IMG/VR virus record: IMGVR_UViG_3300033149_006612
Span: 1-64,000 of that record
Length of the DNA: 64,000 nt
Strand: one strand, 5' to 3'
Source: a virus
Numbering within the stretch: the stretch's first letter is position 1; every line of letters begins with the position of its first letter. Below, one piece after another: positions 17,254-27,458 of the stretch. The notes beneath the pieces are model-generated. The model made no database searches. It was given only the letters and a program-made list of their open reading frames with translations, and was not told the origin of the DNA. The position numbers and the translations under genes are program-made.

Positions 17254-17720
17254 CCCTCCATTCTTACCGGATTCTGAATCCAGAATCTGATACTATAGTA
17301 CAACCATGCGACGTCATCCCTGTCCTCACCTCTCGACGGTATCATATAGAACCCATCGCCCCCCTCGGGATCGTCAACCGGACCGACATCTAAGAGCCCC
17401 CCGTCCCGTTCATCTGTAATCGTTCCAAACGGTACAAATAGGAATATCACCTGCCGTCGTCGAAACGGGGGCAGCAGGACGACGCCGATCTCGTCCACAT
17501 CGATGCCGTTCCTGTCTATGATGTCGCAAACGGTCGCTATACCGTCCATACTCCAGACGCAGAAAGGATAATGCCCAACCCTTCCCTGCAGGTATCCCAT
17601 CAACCTATTCCTGATGACGTCCTCCCTCACCGGGCCGTTCAAAAATTCGCTCCTGAGCGTCTCGATGATCTTGAGGAACATCGGATGATTCTGAATCTCT
17701 AACGCCTGCTCAACATCCAT
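17250..17720 (-). CDS. Hypothetical protein
   Basis: Immediately downstream of TerL. Confidence 0.55.
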   Translation of the reverse strand: MDVEQALEIQNHPMFLKIIETLRSEFLNGPVREDVIRNRLMGYLQGRVGHYPFCVWSMDGIATVCDIIDRNGIDVDEIGVVLLPPFRRRQVIFLFVPFGTITDERDGGLLDVGPVDDPEGGDGFYMIPSRGEDRDDVAWLYYSIRFWIQNPVRMEG

Positions 17721-17722
17721 AA

Positions 17723-19384
17723 TTAAAACGCAAACGGTCGTCTGCCCTCCCGCCTTGATTCAAACCGGTCTAGGACCGCCACAGTCGCATCCGGCGCATC
17801 GTCATGTGCACTCGGGTTCGGAAAATCGTCAAATTGACTGAAGTATGTAAACGACAGGTTTTTGTCGAATACCACCCTACTGTTGATCACCGGCTGAGCC
17901 TTCATTATCCGTTGTACCTTGTTTTTACTCTGTGAGAATAGCTTGAGCGGAAGCGCTACCCCACGCTCCTTGGCCCTCTGCTGGAGGTACGGCCTGATCA
18001 TCCCCCATCCGCCGTTATCCTCATACCAGAGCTTCGAAACCGGGTATCGTTCCAGGAGGTCCAACGCCGCCTCCACCTGTCCTTCCGGTTTATCCTTCCT
18101 AATATAAGCGGCGCAGACGAAGTACCAACGCCTCATCCCCTCATACGGCTTACGGACGACATCGGTCCAGGCCTTCACCTTCAGCGCCTTTAACAGTTTG
18201 TCTATATGTTCAAACTTGAACTGCCGGGTAGCCACTATCACTATACAGGGGTAGTCCGAATCCCTAACCGCCGTCACCCCCGGATCGGACGGGTCCCACC
18301 ATCCCACGACCTGGAATCCCTTAAGGTTTAGCCTCCGGTGGTCAAACCGCATAAAGGCGGAGGAATCGTAGATCACATCCTCCTCACCTTTGTCAAGGTT
18401 TAGAAACTCCAACGCAAAATCACGCTCGGATCCCATCTCCTCCTTCTTCCGGTCAAGTACCTCCTTGGGCCATCTTTCCGGCCACAACGCCGAGCCGTCC
18501 TTCTTGGTGTTACCGATTACAAACTCCAGGCCTTGCGGTCTGGGAAGATTGATCGCCTGATACAGCTTACCGTCCCAGTTGGGAGATTTCAGCAACTTGG
18601 CAATTAGGGATTCTTTGTGCATGAGGTTGCCCACTACAAAGATGTCACAGTTTTCGCCGCCCAGGTTAAGAATCGTCCTCCGGAATCGACGTGCCAGCTT
18701 CTCCCGCCGGAAGAACGTGGCTACATCCTCCTCATCCTGTGGATCGTCGATGATCATGGCATCCGGCCTGTACTGCTTCATCTTTAAACCTCGGAATTTA
18801 GACATGATGCCCCGACATTCGACGGTAGCCCCGGAAACCAGCCTCATCCTATAATCGGTCCAGCTGATGAACTGTCCTTTGAAATCAAGCATCGGTCTGA
18901 GATGCGGAAAATCGCTTAACAGTTTCTCATTGCTGGATTTTACCTCGGTCTCCCCTGGAACGACTTGAGTGTTGGGTTCCAACTCATCCTGTAGAGCGGA
19001 GTAATGCGGAAAGATGGCGTCATGGGTAGACCCGAACAGGACTATATACCACTTTAACCGGTATGCCAGCCAATATAGGGGGGCTGCAACGATCATAAAG
19101 GTCGACTTGCCGAACTCCCGGGGCTCGGCCCGGACCACCCTTAACCTTCGATTGACCGCTCCACACTCGATCAGCGATATGAGATCGTGGTGATGCTCCC
19201 CGAACGGTTTCGTGAAATGATGCGGTAGGTATTCCTTACAAAACTCCTCGAAGTCCCGACAGCGGTCAATCCGCTTTCGCTGTCGGACGCTTACCCTGCC
19301 CCTTTTTAACCCCTGGACGGCCGGGCTTATACTCAGCGGCGATGAAATCCCGGTCTCCGTTATTAAGACGTCACCGAGCCTCAT
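17723..19384 (-). CDS. terL: Terminase large subunit
   Basis: PREFGKST Walker A, IIDDPQ Walker B, VVGN, LWPERW, and RNase H-like nuclease motifs WDPS...SDY...YEDN...HDDAPDA. Confidence 0.93.
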   Translation of the reverse strand: MRLGDVLITETGISSPLSISPAVQGLKRGRVSVRQRKRIDRCRDFEEFCKEYLPHHFTKPFGEHHHDLISLIECGAVNRRLRVVRAEPREFGKSTFMIVAAPLYWLAYRLKWYIVLFGSTHDAIFPHYSALQDELEPNTQVVPGETEVKSSNEKLLSDFPHLRPMLDFKGQFISWTDYRMRLVSGATVECRGIMSKFRGLKMKQYRPDAMIIDDPQDEEDVATFFRREKLARRFRRTILNLGGENCDIFVVGNLMHKESLIAKLLKSPNWDGKLYQAINLPRPQGLEFVIGNTKKDGSALWPERWPKEVLDRKKEEMGSERDFALEFLNLDKGEEDVIYDSSAFMRFDHRRLNLKGFQVVGWWDPSDPGVTAVRDSDYPCIVIVATRQFKFEHIDKLLKALKVKAWTDVVRKPYEGMRRWYFVCAAYIRKDKPEGQVEAALDLLERYPVSKLWYEDNGGWGMIRPYLQQRAKERGVALPLKLFSQSKNKVQRIMKAQPVINSRVVFDKNLSFTYFSQFDDFPNPSAHDDAPDATVAVLDRFESRREGRRPFAF

Positions 19385-19797
19385 GCCTCGCCTCTATTTA
19401 CACCACGCGGAATCTCTATCAGTTTGGGCAGGCAGCCCGAGAACCGGATGCATGTGTTGATGTCATCGAGGACCGCCGGTGTGACCTCCTTCAGCGTTAC
19501 CACATGGAGGTCAAGATTAATGTCCGGGCGGTTCCTGCAGACGTCCTCCAGTAAAAGGCGTCTCCTATCGACGGTCCGCCACGATCCATGGCCCAACAAT
19601 ACGGCCGGTGACGACGATAGATCAAACAGGACGGACAGGCCGTGTATATGATGGAAATCATTCCCGTCGAAGTAATGGACGACGTCGTTAATCAGGTAGT
19701 ATTGGTACCGGGTCAGTCCTCTTTTGTCGGTGGTCCGGTCAATGACGAGATCCTCGCCACCCATTTCGGTCTTACGCGTATCCATGAATCCCCCCAT
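19381..19797 (-). CDS. Hypothetical protein
   Basis: Coupled to terL. Confidence 0.5.
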   Translation of the reverse strand: MGGFMDTRKTEMGGEDLVIDRTTDKRGLTRYQYYLINDVVHYFDGNDFHHIHGLSVLFDLSSSPAVLLGHGSWRTVDRRRLLLEDVCRNRPDINLDLHVVTLKEVTPAVLDDINTCIRFSGCLPKLIEIPRGVNRGEA

Positions 19798-20072
19798 ATC
19801 GTGAAGTTAAACTTATCCATACCTTGTATTAATTCCTTTAAGTGAGTAAGGACGTAGCATATAAAGGTGAACAGCAACAGCCAATAGACAAATCCCGCCA
19901 TCGAAACCGGAAAGGTCCAGGCCCAGAGAAACCAGACGGTCATGAGAAATAGGACGGCGGATGTAAGCAACGCCGCCAGGAACACCCACGCCTGGATAAA
20001 CAGCACTACGCACACCCGTAAGAGCAGCTCCTTATGAGTCTTGATTACGTCTCTCAGCATCGCACCTGTCAC
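19713..20072 (-). CDS. Membrane protein
   Basis: Long hydrophobic stretches. Confidence 0.45.
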   Translation of the reverse strand: MTGAMLRDVIKTHKELLLRVCVVLFIQAWVFLAALLTSAVLFLMTVWFLWAWTFPVSMAGFVYWLLLFTFICYVLTHLKELIQGMDKFNFTIWGDSWIRVRPKWVARISSLTGPPTKED

Positions 20073-20475
20073 ACTCCCCTGGACGTGGATCCCGCCGCTC
20101 GGGCTCCGGCGATTCCTCCGCCCCTATAATACGGCCCCTGACGTCGTACACGGTCTCCTCGTCGCAGGCATGATCCGCCTCAAACGCCAGCCTCCGGTAG
20201 TCAAATCCGTTCAACTCCCTCCTGTCCTCCTCTCCTCCGTCGTTACCCGGGGTCTCTACATTTTCGGTCAATGCCAGTACGGCTCCGGCCGTGCCGGGCA
20301 TCTCCGATTTCAAATCCTCCTCCGATTCAAAGACCAGGCACACACCGACGGCCTTGGTCCTCTTGATGAAGCATTTTAGCCCCCTGAGCTCGCCCGGAGG
20401 TATGGGACCGGCTCCCCAGGTCTCCCAGGCCGCAGACAGCTTATCCCATCCATATATTTTTAATCCTAAAATCAT
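20032..20475 (-). CDS. Hypothetical protein
   Basis: ORF in a co-oriented run. Confidence 0.5.
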   Translation of the reverse strand: MILGLKIYGWDKLSAAWETWGAGPIPPGELRGLKCFIKRTKAVGVCLVFESEEDLKSEMPGTAGAVLALTENVETPGNDGGEEDRRELNGFDYRRLAFEADHACDEETVYDVRGRIIGAEESPEPERRDPRPGECDRCDAERRNQDS

Positions 20476-20512
20476 ACCACATCAGATCCGGGAGGTTAAA
20501 CCCGCTTTCTAT

Positions 20513-20767
20513 CTACGATGATTTCGGTAGGTGGTCCGTGGTCATCACCAACGGTGGTTTCTCGATCCTCTTCCTCAGGGATTCGTGCCTGTACGGGTAT
20601 GCACGGATGATCAGTTTACACCTCTTACATTGATCGATGATCAACCCGATCTCAGGTCCGAGGACGCCCTTACTCTCCGTCCTCCAGAGGTAGGAGACGC
20701 AACCGCAGACCAGTTTGGTAGGTGGCTCGTCCGGCTTTTTGTGTGGGTCTAGTTTATGTGTTTCGAT
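20513..20767 (-). CDS. Unannotated 84-aa Cys-containing ORF with a non-canonical ATC start
   Basis: GGAGGA at 20779-20774, 6-nt spacer, then ATC; open frame to TAG at 20513; fills the gap between terS and the next gene. Confidence 0.4.
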   Translation of the reverse strand: METHKLDPHKKPDEPPTKLVCGCVSYLWRTESKGVLGPEIGLIIDQCKRCKLIIRAYPYRHESLRKRIEKPPLVMTTDHLPKSS

Positions 20768-21513
20768 GAGGATTCCTCCACGATCTTGTTAACATGCGAA
20801 TCGTCGATCTGGATGCCGTCCCAATCCGCTTCGATCTTAACCAGGACGGCTTCGTCCTTGACGTGTTTGGCTACGACCAACCCCACCTGCTCCATGATCC
20901 GTTTAAACGTCGCCAGGGATATGGTCCTCTGCTGCCGGTGCTTCTGGATCTTATCCACAATGTCGGCGATGGTCCGAATTATCCTAGAGGCATCGGCGAT
21001 GTCCACGATCTTATGCGGCTTCCTACTCGGGTTCGGGGTCCCCCAAGAGGCGTGCCAGGCAATCAGGGCTTCCGAGAACTCGTCGTATCGCTCGATGAAA
21101 TCGATCAGGATGGCCCGTTGGAGCTCCAGTTCAGGGATGAGGTCCAGGGGGTCCCGGTCCTCGGCATGCTTGATCACGTCGATCAGTTCCCTGAACCTGG
21201 CTCTATCGATTACGCTGTATCGGCCGGTTATCCGTGGTGTGCTCCCGCCGTGGAGCTTACATCGGCCCTGGCCCAGATGGTCGGTCCCCCAACCTGCCTC
21301 ATGTTGGCAGTATTTAGTGTGGTAGATGTTCCTGGCGTTACATTTAGTATCGGGCGGTTTAAGAGGTAGATTGCCCATCTTCCTCTTGCGTTTAGTATCC
21401 TTAAACCTGACGAACTTTTCGTCGCTCTTATCCTTCTTCGGTCTGTATGGGTGACTCCCCGTGTCACCTGGTTTTAGCTTACCCATAGCAAGATCAATGA
21501 TAAACCGGAACAC
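20749..21513 (-). CDS. terS: Terminase small subunit (HGGxSTG-type zinc domain)
   Basis: C.A......C...AGWGTDH.G.GRCKLHGGSTP; upstream of terL; start probably 21486. Confidence 0.7.
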   Translation of the reverse strand: MFRFIIDLAMGKLKPGDTGSHPYRPKKDKSDEKFVRFKDTKRKRKMGNLPLKPPDTKCNARNIYHTKYCQHEAGWGTDHLGQGRCKLHGGSTPRITGRYSVIDRARFRELIDVIKHAEDRDPLDLIPELELQRAILIDFIERYDEFSEALIAWHASWGTPNPSRKPHKIVDIADASRIIRTIADIVDKIQKHRQQRTISLATFKRIMEQVGLVVAKHVKDEAVLVKIEADWDGIQIDDSHVNKIVEESSSKHIN

Positions 21514-21643
21514 CCCATCCAGAAATGGAACCTATAAAAGAGATCCTCGCTTTCAATACGTACGCTGATCTTAAGATTTCGGAACGCGCACAAGGACGAG
21601 ACTGAAAGCAACAATACCTCCAATATCTGCATAGGCTCAACCC

Positions 21644-22105
21644 CTAAGGCCCCACCACCTTGGTCGGGGTAGTGGACATCCTTTCCAGCTGTTTAACCCG
21701 CTCCCCCCCGGGCACCGGCATCGATGGAGTATTCGGTTTCACCGACCCATACGACTCACCGGCATTCACCTCGGCCACCCAATCATTAACGTTCCTGACG
21801 AAGTCCCGTATATAGTCGACCACCTGCTCATCCTCGGTCGGCATCCGAAATTTCAACATCGGGAGATCCCATCGTCGAGAACCGTTACCCCGTCCCGGTC
21901 TGACCTCGGCCCCGTCCTTTAACTCCTCGACCAACTTTTTAGACGGCTTAACGGAACCGGGCTCCATGACCCATACCAAGGCTACGGTGGCCCCCATCAG
22001 AGCATAATAGGTGGGAGATGTCTCCGGGACGATGGCCTTGATTATTTCGAGAACTTCCAACTCCCGCTTCATGTCGACGATTTCTGGAATGCGAGATTTA
22101 TTCAT
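21644..22105 (-). CDS. Hypothetical protein
   Basis: 153-aa ORF with purine-rich leader. Confidence 0.5.
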   Translation of the reverse strand: MNKSRIPEIVDMKRELEVLEIIKAIVPETSPTYYALMGATVALVWVMEPGSVKPSKKLVEELKDGAEVRPGRGNGSRRWDLPMLKFRMPTEDEQVVDYIRDFVRNVNDWVAEVNAGESYGSVKPNTPSMPVPGGERVKQLERMSTTPTKVVGP

Positions 22106-22204
22106 ATCGGCCCTACCTTCCTCAGTGACGGGACGTTCTACGCCGTCGGCGGTTCATATATGAACAGGTCCGTTTCCCAGGGCTGCCCTGCCAGTTAGAC
22201 CGGG

Positions 22205-22489
22205 TCAGATTTGATGTACCGTGATGCCCCAGTCCCTCAACACCGAGAGTGATTCCGGCCTGATGACGCCCGTTACCGCGTCGGCACCCTGGCTTTCAAC
22301 CCGGACAAAATGTTTCTGTAGGATTTCTGCATGCCTCGGCTGGGATAGATTGGCCGTGACTCGGACGGTTTTATGGCTACTCCGAATGCGGACCGACCTT
22401 GAACCACAGGCTCTGCAGGGCACCCCGGTAGCCTTCTGCCGGTGCCCACACTCCAGACAGATTAAATACGGACCGTCGGTAATGGCCAT
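22205..22489 (-). CDS. Zinc-ribbon protein
   Basis: CLECG...CRACGS; AGGAGG RBS. Confidence 0.6.
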   Translation of the reverse strand: MAITDGPYLICLECGHRQKATGVPCRACGSRSVRIRSSHKTVRVTANLSQPRHAEILQKHFVRVESQGADAVTGVIRPESLSVLRDWGITVHQI

Positions 22490-22497
22490 AGATCCTC

Positions 22498-22872
22498 CTA
22501 CCGACCATTACGTCCGTTCTGGGCACTCAGATTCCTGAGAGCTTGTCGGATCTCCCCGATCTGCTCATTCATCTGGGCCTCTACCTGCTTGATGGAGGCC
22601 TGCAACTTGTCGTCAAATCGGGCGGACAACCTCCGTTCAACGGCCTGTTGAACCTCGGTCATGTAGGCCTGTTCACGCCGTTCCATCCCCTTGACGGACT
22701 GACCCACGGAGCGTAGGATATCCCTCTTTACCTCCTGGATATATTCCGAGGTATCGGAGATCTTACCGAGCAGCCTGACTTCCAGCGCCCTGATCGTCTC
22801 ATCAAGATTGTCCGCCATCAGCACTCTCCCCATTGCTACCAGTGAATTTCCTATTTTTGCTAGCATGGGCAT
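22498..22872 (-). CDS. Coiled-coil hypothetical protein
   Basis: AAGGAGG RBS; heptad-like composition. Confidence 0.6.
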   Translation of the reverse strand: MPMLAKIGNSLVAMGRVLMADNLDETIRALEVRLLGKISDTSEYIQEVKRDILRSVGQSVKGMERREQAYMTEVQQAVERRLSARFDDKLQASIKQVEAQMNEQIGEIRQALRNLSAQNGRNGR

Positions 22873-23107
22873 ACCTCCTTAACTGTGCCTTCGGCGTACC
22901 TATGGCGGATTGAACGGCACAACCGATCGTACCCCTCTTATCGAGAGCCAACATCACCTGGTGACTGATCGACCGTGTACGGCTTAGCTTTCCCTCATCC
23001 AGGAAAGGAATCACTTCCTCCTCTAGGTCATATTCCTTGGCCCTACACCAGTCCAACACATCTCCAACCGTGATGGAGCATATCACCCTGTCCCGATCGA
23101 CGTCCAA
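22802..23107 (-). CDS. Hypothetical protein
   Basis: GAGGAG RBS, TTG start. Confidence 0.5.
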   Translation of the reverse strand: MDVDRDRVICSITVGDVLDWCRAKEYDLEEEVIPFLDEGKLSRTRSISHQVMLALDKRGTIGCAVQSAIGTPKAQLRRYAHASKNRKFTGSNGESADGGQS

Positions 23108-23131
23108 TTTCCAAATCTCCTCTTGTATTTC

Positions 23132-25030
23132 TTACGCACGCCGAGCGTAAATCCGGCTGTACCCATCGGCGTAGACTATTTTGAGTATATTTGGAATCCT
23201 GGACGTCAACGCCGAATTATGGGAGATCGCAAAGACCGTCCCCCTCCTCCTCGCCTCCCCCTCAAGTAGATCTACAAACGTAGAGATCCCGGCTTCGTCC
23301 AATGAAGCATCGATCTCATCAAAAACGGATATGTTCGAACCTCCCCACATGGTCTCAACCAGGGACTGGAATGAGAGTGCCACACAGAGGTCAATCCGCT
23401 TTGACTGTCCACCCGAGGAGGCCAGGTAGGAACCGGCCCTCTTCGGTATGTCCACAACCACATCGATACGGTCCTTGGCGGATTTCTGAAACTTAACCGA
23501 TATCTCCCCCCCGGTCAGGATTCCGGAGAAGTATTCGAGCTTCAGATTTAGGAAATCCACCACCTGTGAATAGCAGTACTCCTTAATTCCCCTTTCCGAA
23601 AAACCCGTCATCCAGAAACGCAGGTACCACAAGAGGTTCTGAATCTCCTCGATCCTGTCATCCATCTCATCGATCCCGTCCATCTTCGCCTTAATCTGGG
23701 TCGATACCGTCTTCCTGTCCTCCTCCAACTGCCGTTTAACGGTCCGGTTCCCCTTGATCCGGTTATCCAGTTCGGTTATCTCGGCGTTCAGCTGGGCTTG
23801 CCGCCGCTGAAGACCGGCCAGGACGTTCAACGACCCAACGTCGTCCCGGTCACACTCGGCCATCCCGGCTTCCAATTCCGCCCTCTCCGCCAGAAGTACG
23901 TCCAGTTCCTGTAACTCCTCCCTCAACCTGTCGATCTTGTACGCGATGGCCTTCCGATCGTTCTTGAGCCCCTTGATCACATCACCCATTAACGATCTCT
24001 GCTGCTTGATGTGTTCCTCGGTAAACGGACGTTTACACTCCTTACACACCCGCCCCGGTTTAATCTTTACCAACTCCTCCTGCTTCGCTTCCAACGATCC
24101 GTCAACGGTCTCCAGCTTCGTTTCAAACCTTGAAATCTCACGCTCCAGCTCGATTTTGTTCTCCGGACCGGCTATGATTTCCTTTAACCGATTATCCAAC
24201 TCCCGTTTCCGTCTGAGATTGTCGTCCCGCCGTGCGGTCTCCGTCTCGATGTCCCGGTTTACCGCGTCTAACTCCTCCCGTCTGTCCTCCCGTTCCCGTT
24301 CCAGCTTAGCCGTCGTCCTAAGCACCGATTCCTGTTCCTTCAACTTTCCGTCTATATCCTCCTGCCACGCCCGAAGACCGGCAAGCTCGGACTCCTCGTT
24401 CTCCCGCCGCCGCTTCAAATCTTCAAGTTCGGACTCCAACCCGTCCTTGTCCGCCTTAACGCGTTCCCGTGCCTTGGTAAATCTATCCAGCCTAAGGAAG
24501 GATTCAAGGACCTTCCTCCGTTCTGCGTCCGTACATTGGGTGAACCGCTTAACGGCCCCCTGCCCGAAGATCATCGAATTGATCAGCGACTGATAGTTCA
24601 GACCGAGCAACTCCACTACCTTAGTCTCGGTCTCCTTGATGCTTTCACCGGATAGGTCCTCGGACCCCCGTTTCAGGATGAGGCCGTTCCCGTGCTCCGA
24701 ATCCCTCCTATACCTGATGACCGAATAGGACCTGCCGTCGACCTCAAGATCGACCTGGACCATACAGTCGGCTTTGGTCTGCCGGTTGACCACGTCGTCC
24801 ATCTTAAACTCCGCGGAGTCCCTACCGAATACGACCTGCCGGGCGGTCATCCCGAACAGGCACCACGGGATCGCATCGGTCAGCAATGCCGATTTTCCAG
24901 AACCGTTCGAATCTGCGCTTGGGGAATCGTAATTCTTACCGACCACCAGTACCAGCCCCCGGTCGGCCAGGTCAAGTTCGGCCTCCCTGAAGCTGAAAAA
25001 ATTCCTCACTGTAAGACGGGTGAACCTCAT
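23132..25030 (-). CDS. SbcC/Rad50-like SMC ATPase (T4 gp46-like)
   Basis: NGSGKS Walker A, long coiled coil with CKEC zinc hook, SGGQ signature, FDE Walker B, ISH. Confidence 0.92.
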   Translation of the reverse strand: MRFTRLTVRNFFSFREAELDLADRGLVLVVGKNYDSPSADSNGSGKSALLTDAIPWCLFGMTARQVVFGRDSAEFKMDDVVNRQTKADCMVQVDLEVDGRSYSVIRYRRDSEHGNGLILKRGSEDLSGESIKETETKVVELLGLNYQSLINSMIFGQGAVKRFTQCTDAERRKVLESFLRLDRFTKARERVKADKDGLESELEDLKRRRENEESELAGLRAWQEDIDGKLKEQESVLRTTAKLEREREDRREELDAVNRDIETETARRDDNLRRKRELDNRLKEIIAGPENKIELEREISRFETKLETVDGSLEAKQEELVKIKPGRVCKECKRPFTEEHIKQQRSLMGDVIKGLKNDRKAIAYKIDRLREELQELDVLLAERAELEAGMAECDRDDVGSLNVLAGLQRRQAQLNAEITELDNRIKGNRTVKRQLEEDRKTVSTQIKAKMDGIDEMDDRIEEIQNLLWYLRFWMTGFSERGIKEYCYSQVVDFLNLKLEYFSGILTGGEISVKFQKSAKDRIDVVVDIPKRAGSYLASSGGQSKRIDLCVALSFQSLVETMWGGSNISVFDEIDASLDEAGISTFVDLLEGEARRRGTVFAISHNSALTSRIPNILKIVYADGYSRIYARRA

Positions 25031-26136
25031 ACCTCCTCCAGGTAGTACAGTCCGATTTCAAGGACGCCCCTTGCCGTTTCTTCATCCTCGACATGACCGG
25101 CCACATATTCAGCCAGGATGGTCGATTCGTCCCAGGCCCCGACCTCGACCGTCCTGCCGTCATCCTCCTCCCGGTATTCGATCAGGATGTTGGTGTATCT
25201 CTCCTTCAACTTTTGTGCCTCGGCCACCCTGGCCGGGTCCCGCAGCCTGAACCGGACAAAGACGTCCCAGGTCGCCCGACCGGCATCGAATATATCCTTC
25301 ATCAATCCTACCGTCTCATCGAAGTTCTCATCCGTGGCGGTCATATAGATCGGGCCGTCCTCGTACCAGACCGGTTCCGATACCCCGGTATCGGTATCAA
25401 ACTTCCACACCCCCCGGTTCTGACCGGCGTCACCGAAGTTAAATCCATACGGCGCACCGACCATTATGATCTCCGGTTCCGCCCGATTCAGTGCCCGTGG
25501 TATGTGGATGTCCCCACAGAAACAGACGGTATAGCGGTGCTGCCTCATCCATTCCCGGAGGTCCCGTTCAACGATCCCCTTTTCAGCCCTCTTACCTGAC
25601 TCGAACTTAGCACCGACGATGTTCTCATGGATCATTAAAATCCGCCGTGCCAGGCCCCCGGTGTTGCGGTCGATGCCGCTCCCACCTTTAATTGCCTCGG
25701 CCGCAACACCGGCCGGGATCCCCGAGATGATCAGGTCCTCATCCCCCGCCGTGAGGTTAAAATGGGTAATCGGCGTGCCGTCCAGTACCTTCAGATTATC
25801 CAACGCCTGGCCCAGGACATAGATACTGTGGATCGAATCGTTCGACCTGGAATACCTGTCGTGGTTGCCCGGGATTACAAGCATAATCCGGCCTTCCAGG
25901 AACCTGCTTAACTCATCCAACGTTCGGTTATACAGCGGAATCGAAATGGCGGTCCTCTGATCGAAGAGGTCGCCGCAATGGAGGATCACGCTCGAATCCC
26001 ATCGCGCCATCTGCCGGTCAAGCCAGTTTAGGAATTCAAACCCGGCTTCCGCAGCCGTGGTCAGCCCGTCCGATAGGGGTCGGCTGAACATGCCGGTGGT
26101 CCTGAAATGCCAGTCGCCGGTCACGGTTATGATCAC
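25027..26136 (-). CDS. SbcD/Mre11-like metallophosphoesterase nuclease (T4 gp47-like)
   Basis: DWH, GDLFD, GNHD, H and GDIH motifs. Confidence 0.9.
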   Translation of the reverse strand: MIITVTGDWHFRTTGMFSRPLSDGLTTAAEAGFEFLNWLDRQMARWDSSVILHCGDLFDQRTAISIPLYNRTLDELSRFLEGRIMLVIPGNHDRYSRSNDSIHSIYVLGQALDNLKVLDGTPITHFNLTAGDEDLIISGIPAGVAAEAIKGGSGIDRNTGGLARRILMIHENIVGAKFESGKRAEKGIVERDLREWMRQHRYTVCFCGDIHIPRALNRAEPEIIMVGAPYGFNFGDAGQNRGVWKFDTDTGVSEPVWYEDGPIYMTATDENFDETVGLMKDIFDAGRATWDVFVRFRLRDPARVAEAQKLKERYTNILIEYREEDDGRTVEVGAWDESTILAEYVAGHVEDEETARGVLEIGLYYLEEV

Positions 26137-26744
26137 TGTATCGTCCTCTTCTTCCTGTCGATCAAGGTCTTCTCCAACCGATCGATGACGTCTTCCCGGA
26201 GTACATTACCCCTCTTTTCGATGAATTCGACCAACCAATCCTCATCCTGATAGGCCAGCCATGTCGGGCTGATGTCCCCGCTGTTAACGTGCAGCGCTAT
26301 GACGTCAAAATAATCGTCGGAATCCCTCCGGATCAGGCCGTGTGTAACCATCAGCCGGTCTACCATGGCGTCGGAGGCCTCAACGGCCTTCCTCTCCAGC
26401 TTTTCGGCGTTGATGACGTCCAGGGTGTCCGCCCTGCCGATGTAACTGATGAACCTATCCACCGCTCCCCCGGTCGCCATGGCTCCCGGCGGTGGATACG
26501 GCAGGTGGAACAACTTGAGACAGGTACTCCGGTTCAACAACTGGAACTGGACCTTAATCCAGTAGTCCGGCTGTACGTCCAGTTCCAGCACGATGTCCGC
26601 GGTCTCCAGGAAGGCGGATCGCTGTCTCTCCACCCAGTTGATCCGGAATTTAGCGTCCGGGACCCTCTTCGACAGATGCCTCATATAGGCATACCTCAAC
26701 CTGTTGGCCATGATCGGTCTTTTAAACTTCTCCATCGCTTTCAC
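26133..26744 (-). CDS. Hypothetical protein
   Basis: The track start (26780) lies inside a repeated motif; in-frame GTG at 26744 or ATG at 26735 is more likely. Confidence 0.55.
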   Translation of the reverse strand: MKAMEKFKRPIMANRLRYAYMRHLSKRVPDAKFRINWVERQRSAFLETADIVLELDVQPDYWIKVQFQLLNRSTCLKLFHLPYPPPGAMATGGAVDRFISYIGRADTLDVINAEKLERKAVEASDAMVDRLMVTHGLIRRDSDDYFDVIALHVNSGDISPTWLAYQDEDWLVEFIEKRGNVLREDVIDRLEKTLIDRKKRTIQ

Positions 26745-26753
26745 GGTATGGCA

Positions 26754-26778
26754 GATCCCGGGGGGGTGACCGGCTTTC
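26754..26778 (-). promoter_or_regulatory. Phage-specific promoter-like motif, copy 1
   Basis: GAAAGCCGGTCACCCCCCCGGGATC, 25/25 identical to 33808-33832. Confidence 0.6.
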
Positions 26779-27022
26779 ACGCGAGGTCGTCCGCGATTTC
26801 TCTTTAATCTGACAAATGGCGTCCAATACCTGTCGATGCGTACCTTGCTGTTGTCTCAGCACGGAACAACGCTTAGCGACAGCAAGACGTGACGGGTCCC
26901 TACCCTTCTTCGAAGCCTCCCCCGAAATTCTCCGGGTATACCCTTCTCGTTTAGAGAAGGGTACCCCCCGAGTCAAATTCCCATCATTCCGTCCCCCCCA
27001 CTGCTCCATCCCGTCTCCGGAT

Positions 27023-27055
27023 GAAAGTCGGTCCTCCCCCCGGGATCCGTCGTTG
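27023..27055 (+). promoter_or_regulatory. Phage-specific promoter-like motif, copy 2
   Basis: GAAAGTCGGTCCTCCCCCCGGGATCCGTCGTTG, 29/33 identical to 33808-33840. Confidence 0.6.
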
Positions 27056-27056
27056 T

Positions 27057-27452
27057 ATGCGTGTATATATAGATTTTGACGGTACCCTTTTTCAAAGTTT
27101 AGACTTCCCGGACCCGGGGAAGCCCGTTCCCGGAGCCGCTGCATTTTTAAAGCGGCTCCGGAGGGAAGGTCACCATATCGTCATATATTCAACCAGAGCG
27201 ACCAAATGCGGCATCAACACCGAAAGGCAACGCCTCAAGCTGCTTAGACTTATGAAGGACGCCCTTGACGAATACGGCATGGTTTACGATGAGATCTCCG
27301 AGGATAAACCCCCGTGGGACATCCTCATCGACGATCGGTGTATCCGGTTTAAAGGTTCCTATGCCGACGTAGCCGATGAGATGAAGGAATTTCGCCCCTT
27401 GGACTGGTCGGCCTGCGACGGATCGATGGATGACACGTTCAATGTGAGGTAG
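27057..27452 (+). CDS. HAD-superfamily phosphatase-like protein
   Basis: YIDFDGTL, YSTR, KP and IDDR motifs; start MRVYIDFDG at 27057. Confidence 0.8.
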   Translation: MRVYIDFDGTLFQSLDFPDPGKPVPGAAAFLKRLRREGHHIVIYSTRATKCGINTERQRLKLLRLMKDALDEYGMVYDEISEDKPPWDILIDDRCIRFKGSYADVADEMKEFRPLDWSACDGSMDDTFNVR

Positions 27453-27458
27453 GAAGAG

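Noticed and set aside
26722-27144. 140-aa minus-strand ORF across the strand switch, or a replication origin here
   Set aside because: The ORF overlaps both promoter-like motifs and has no recognisable features; no iterons or clear unwinding element were seen to support an origin.
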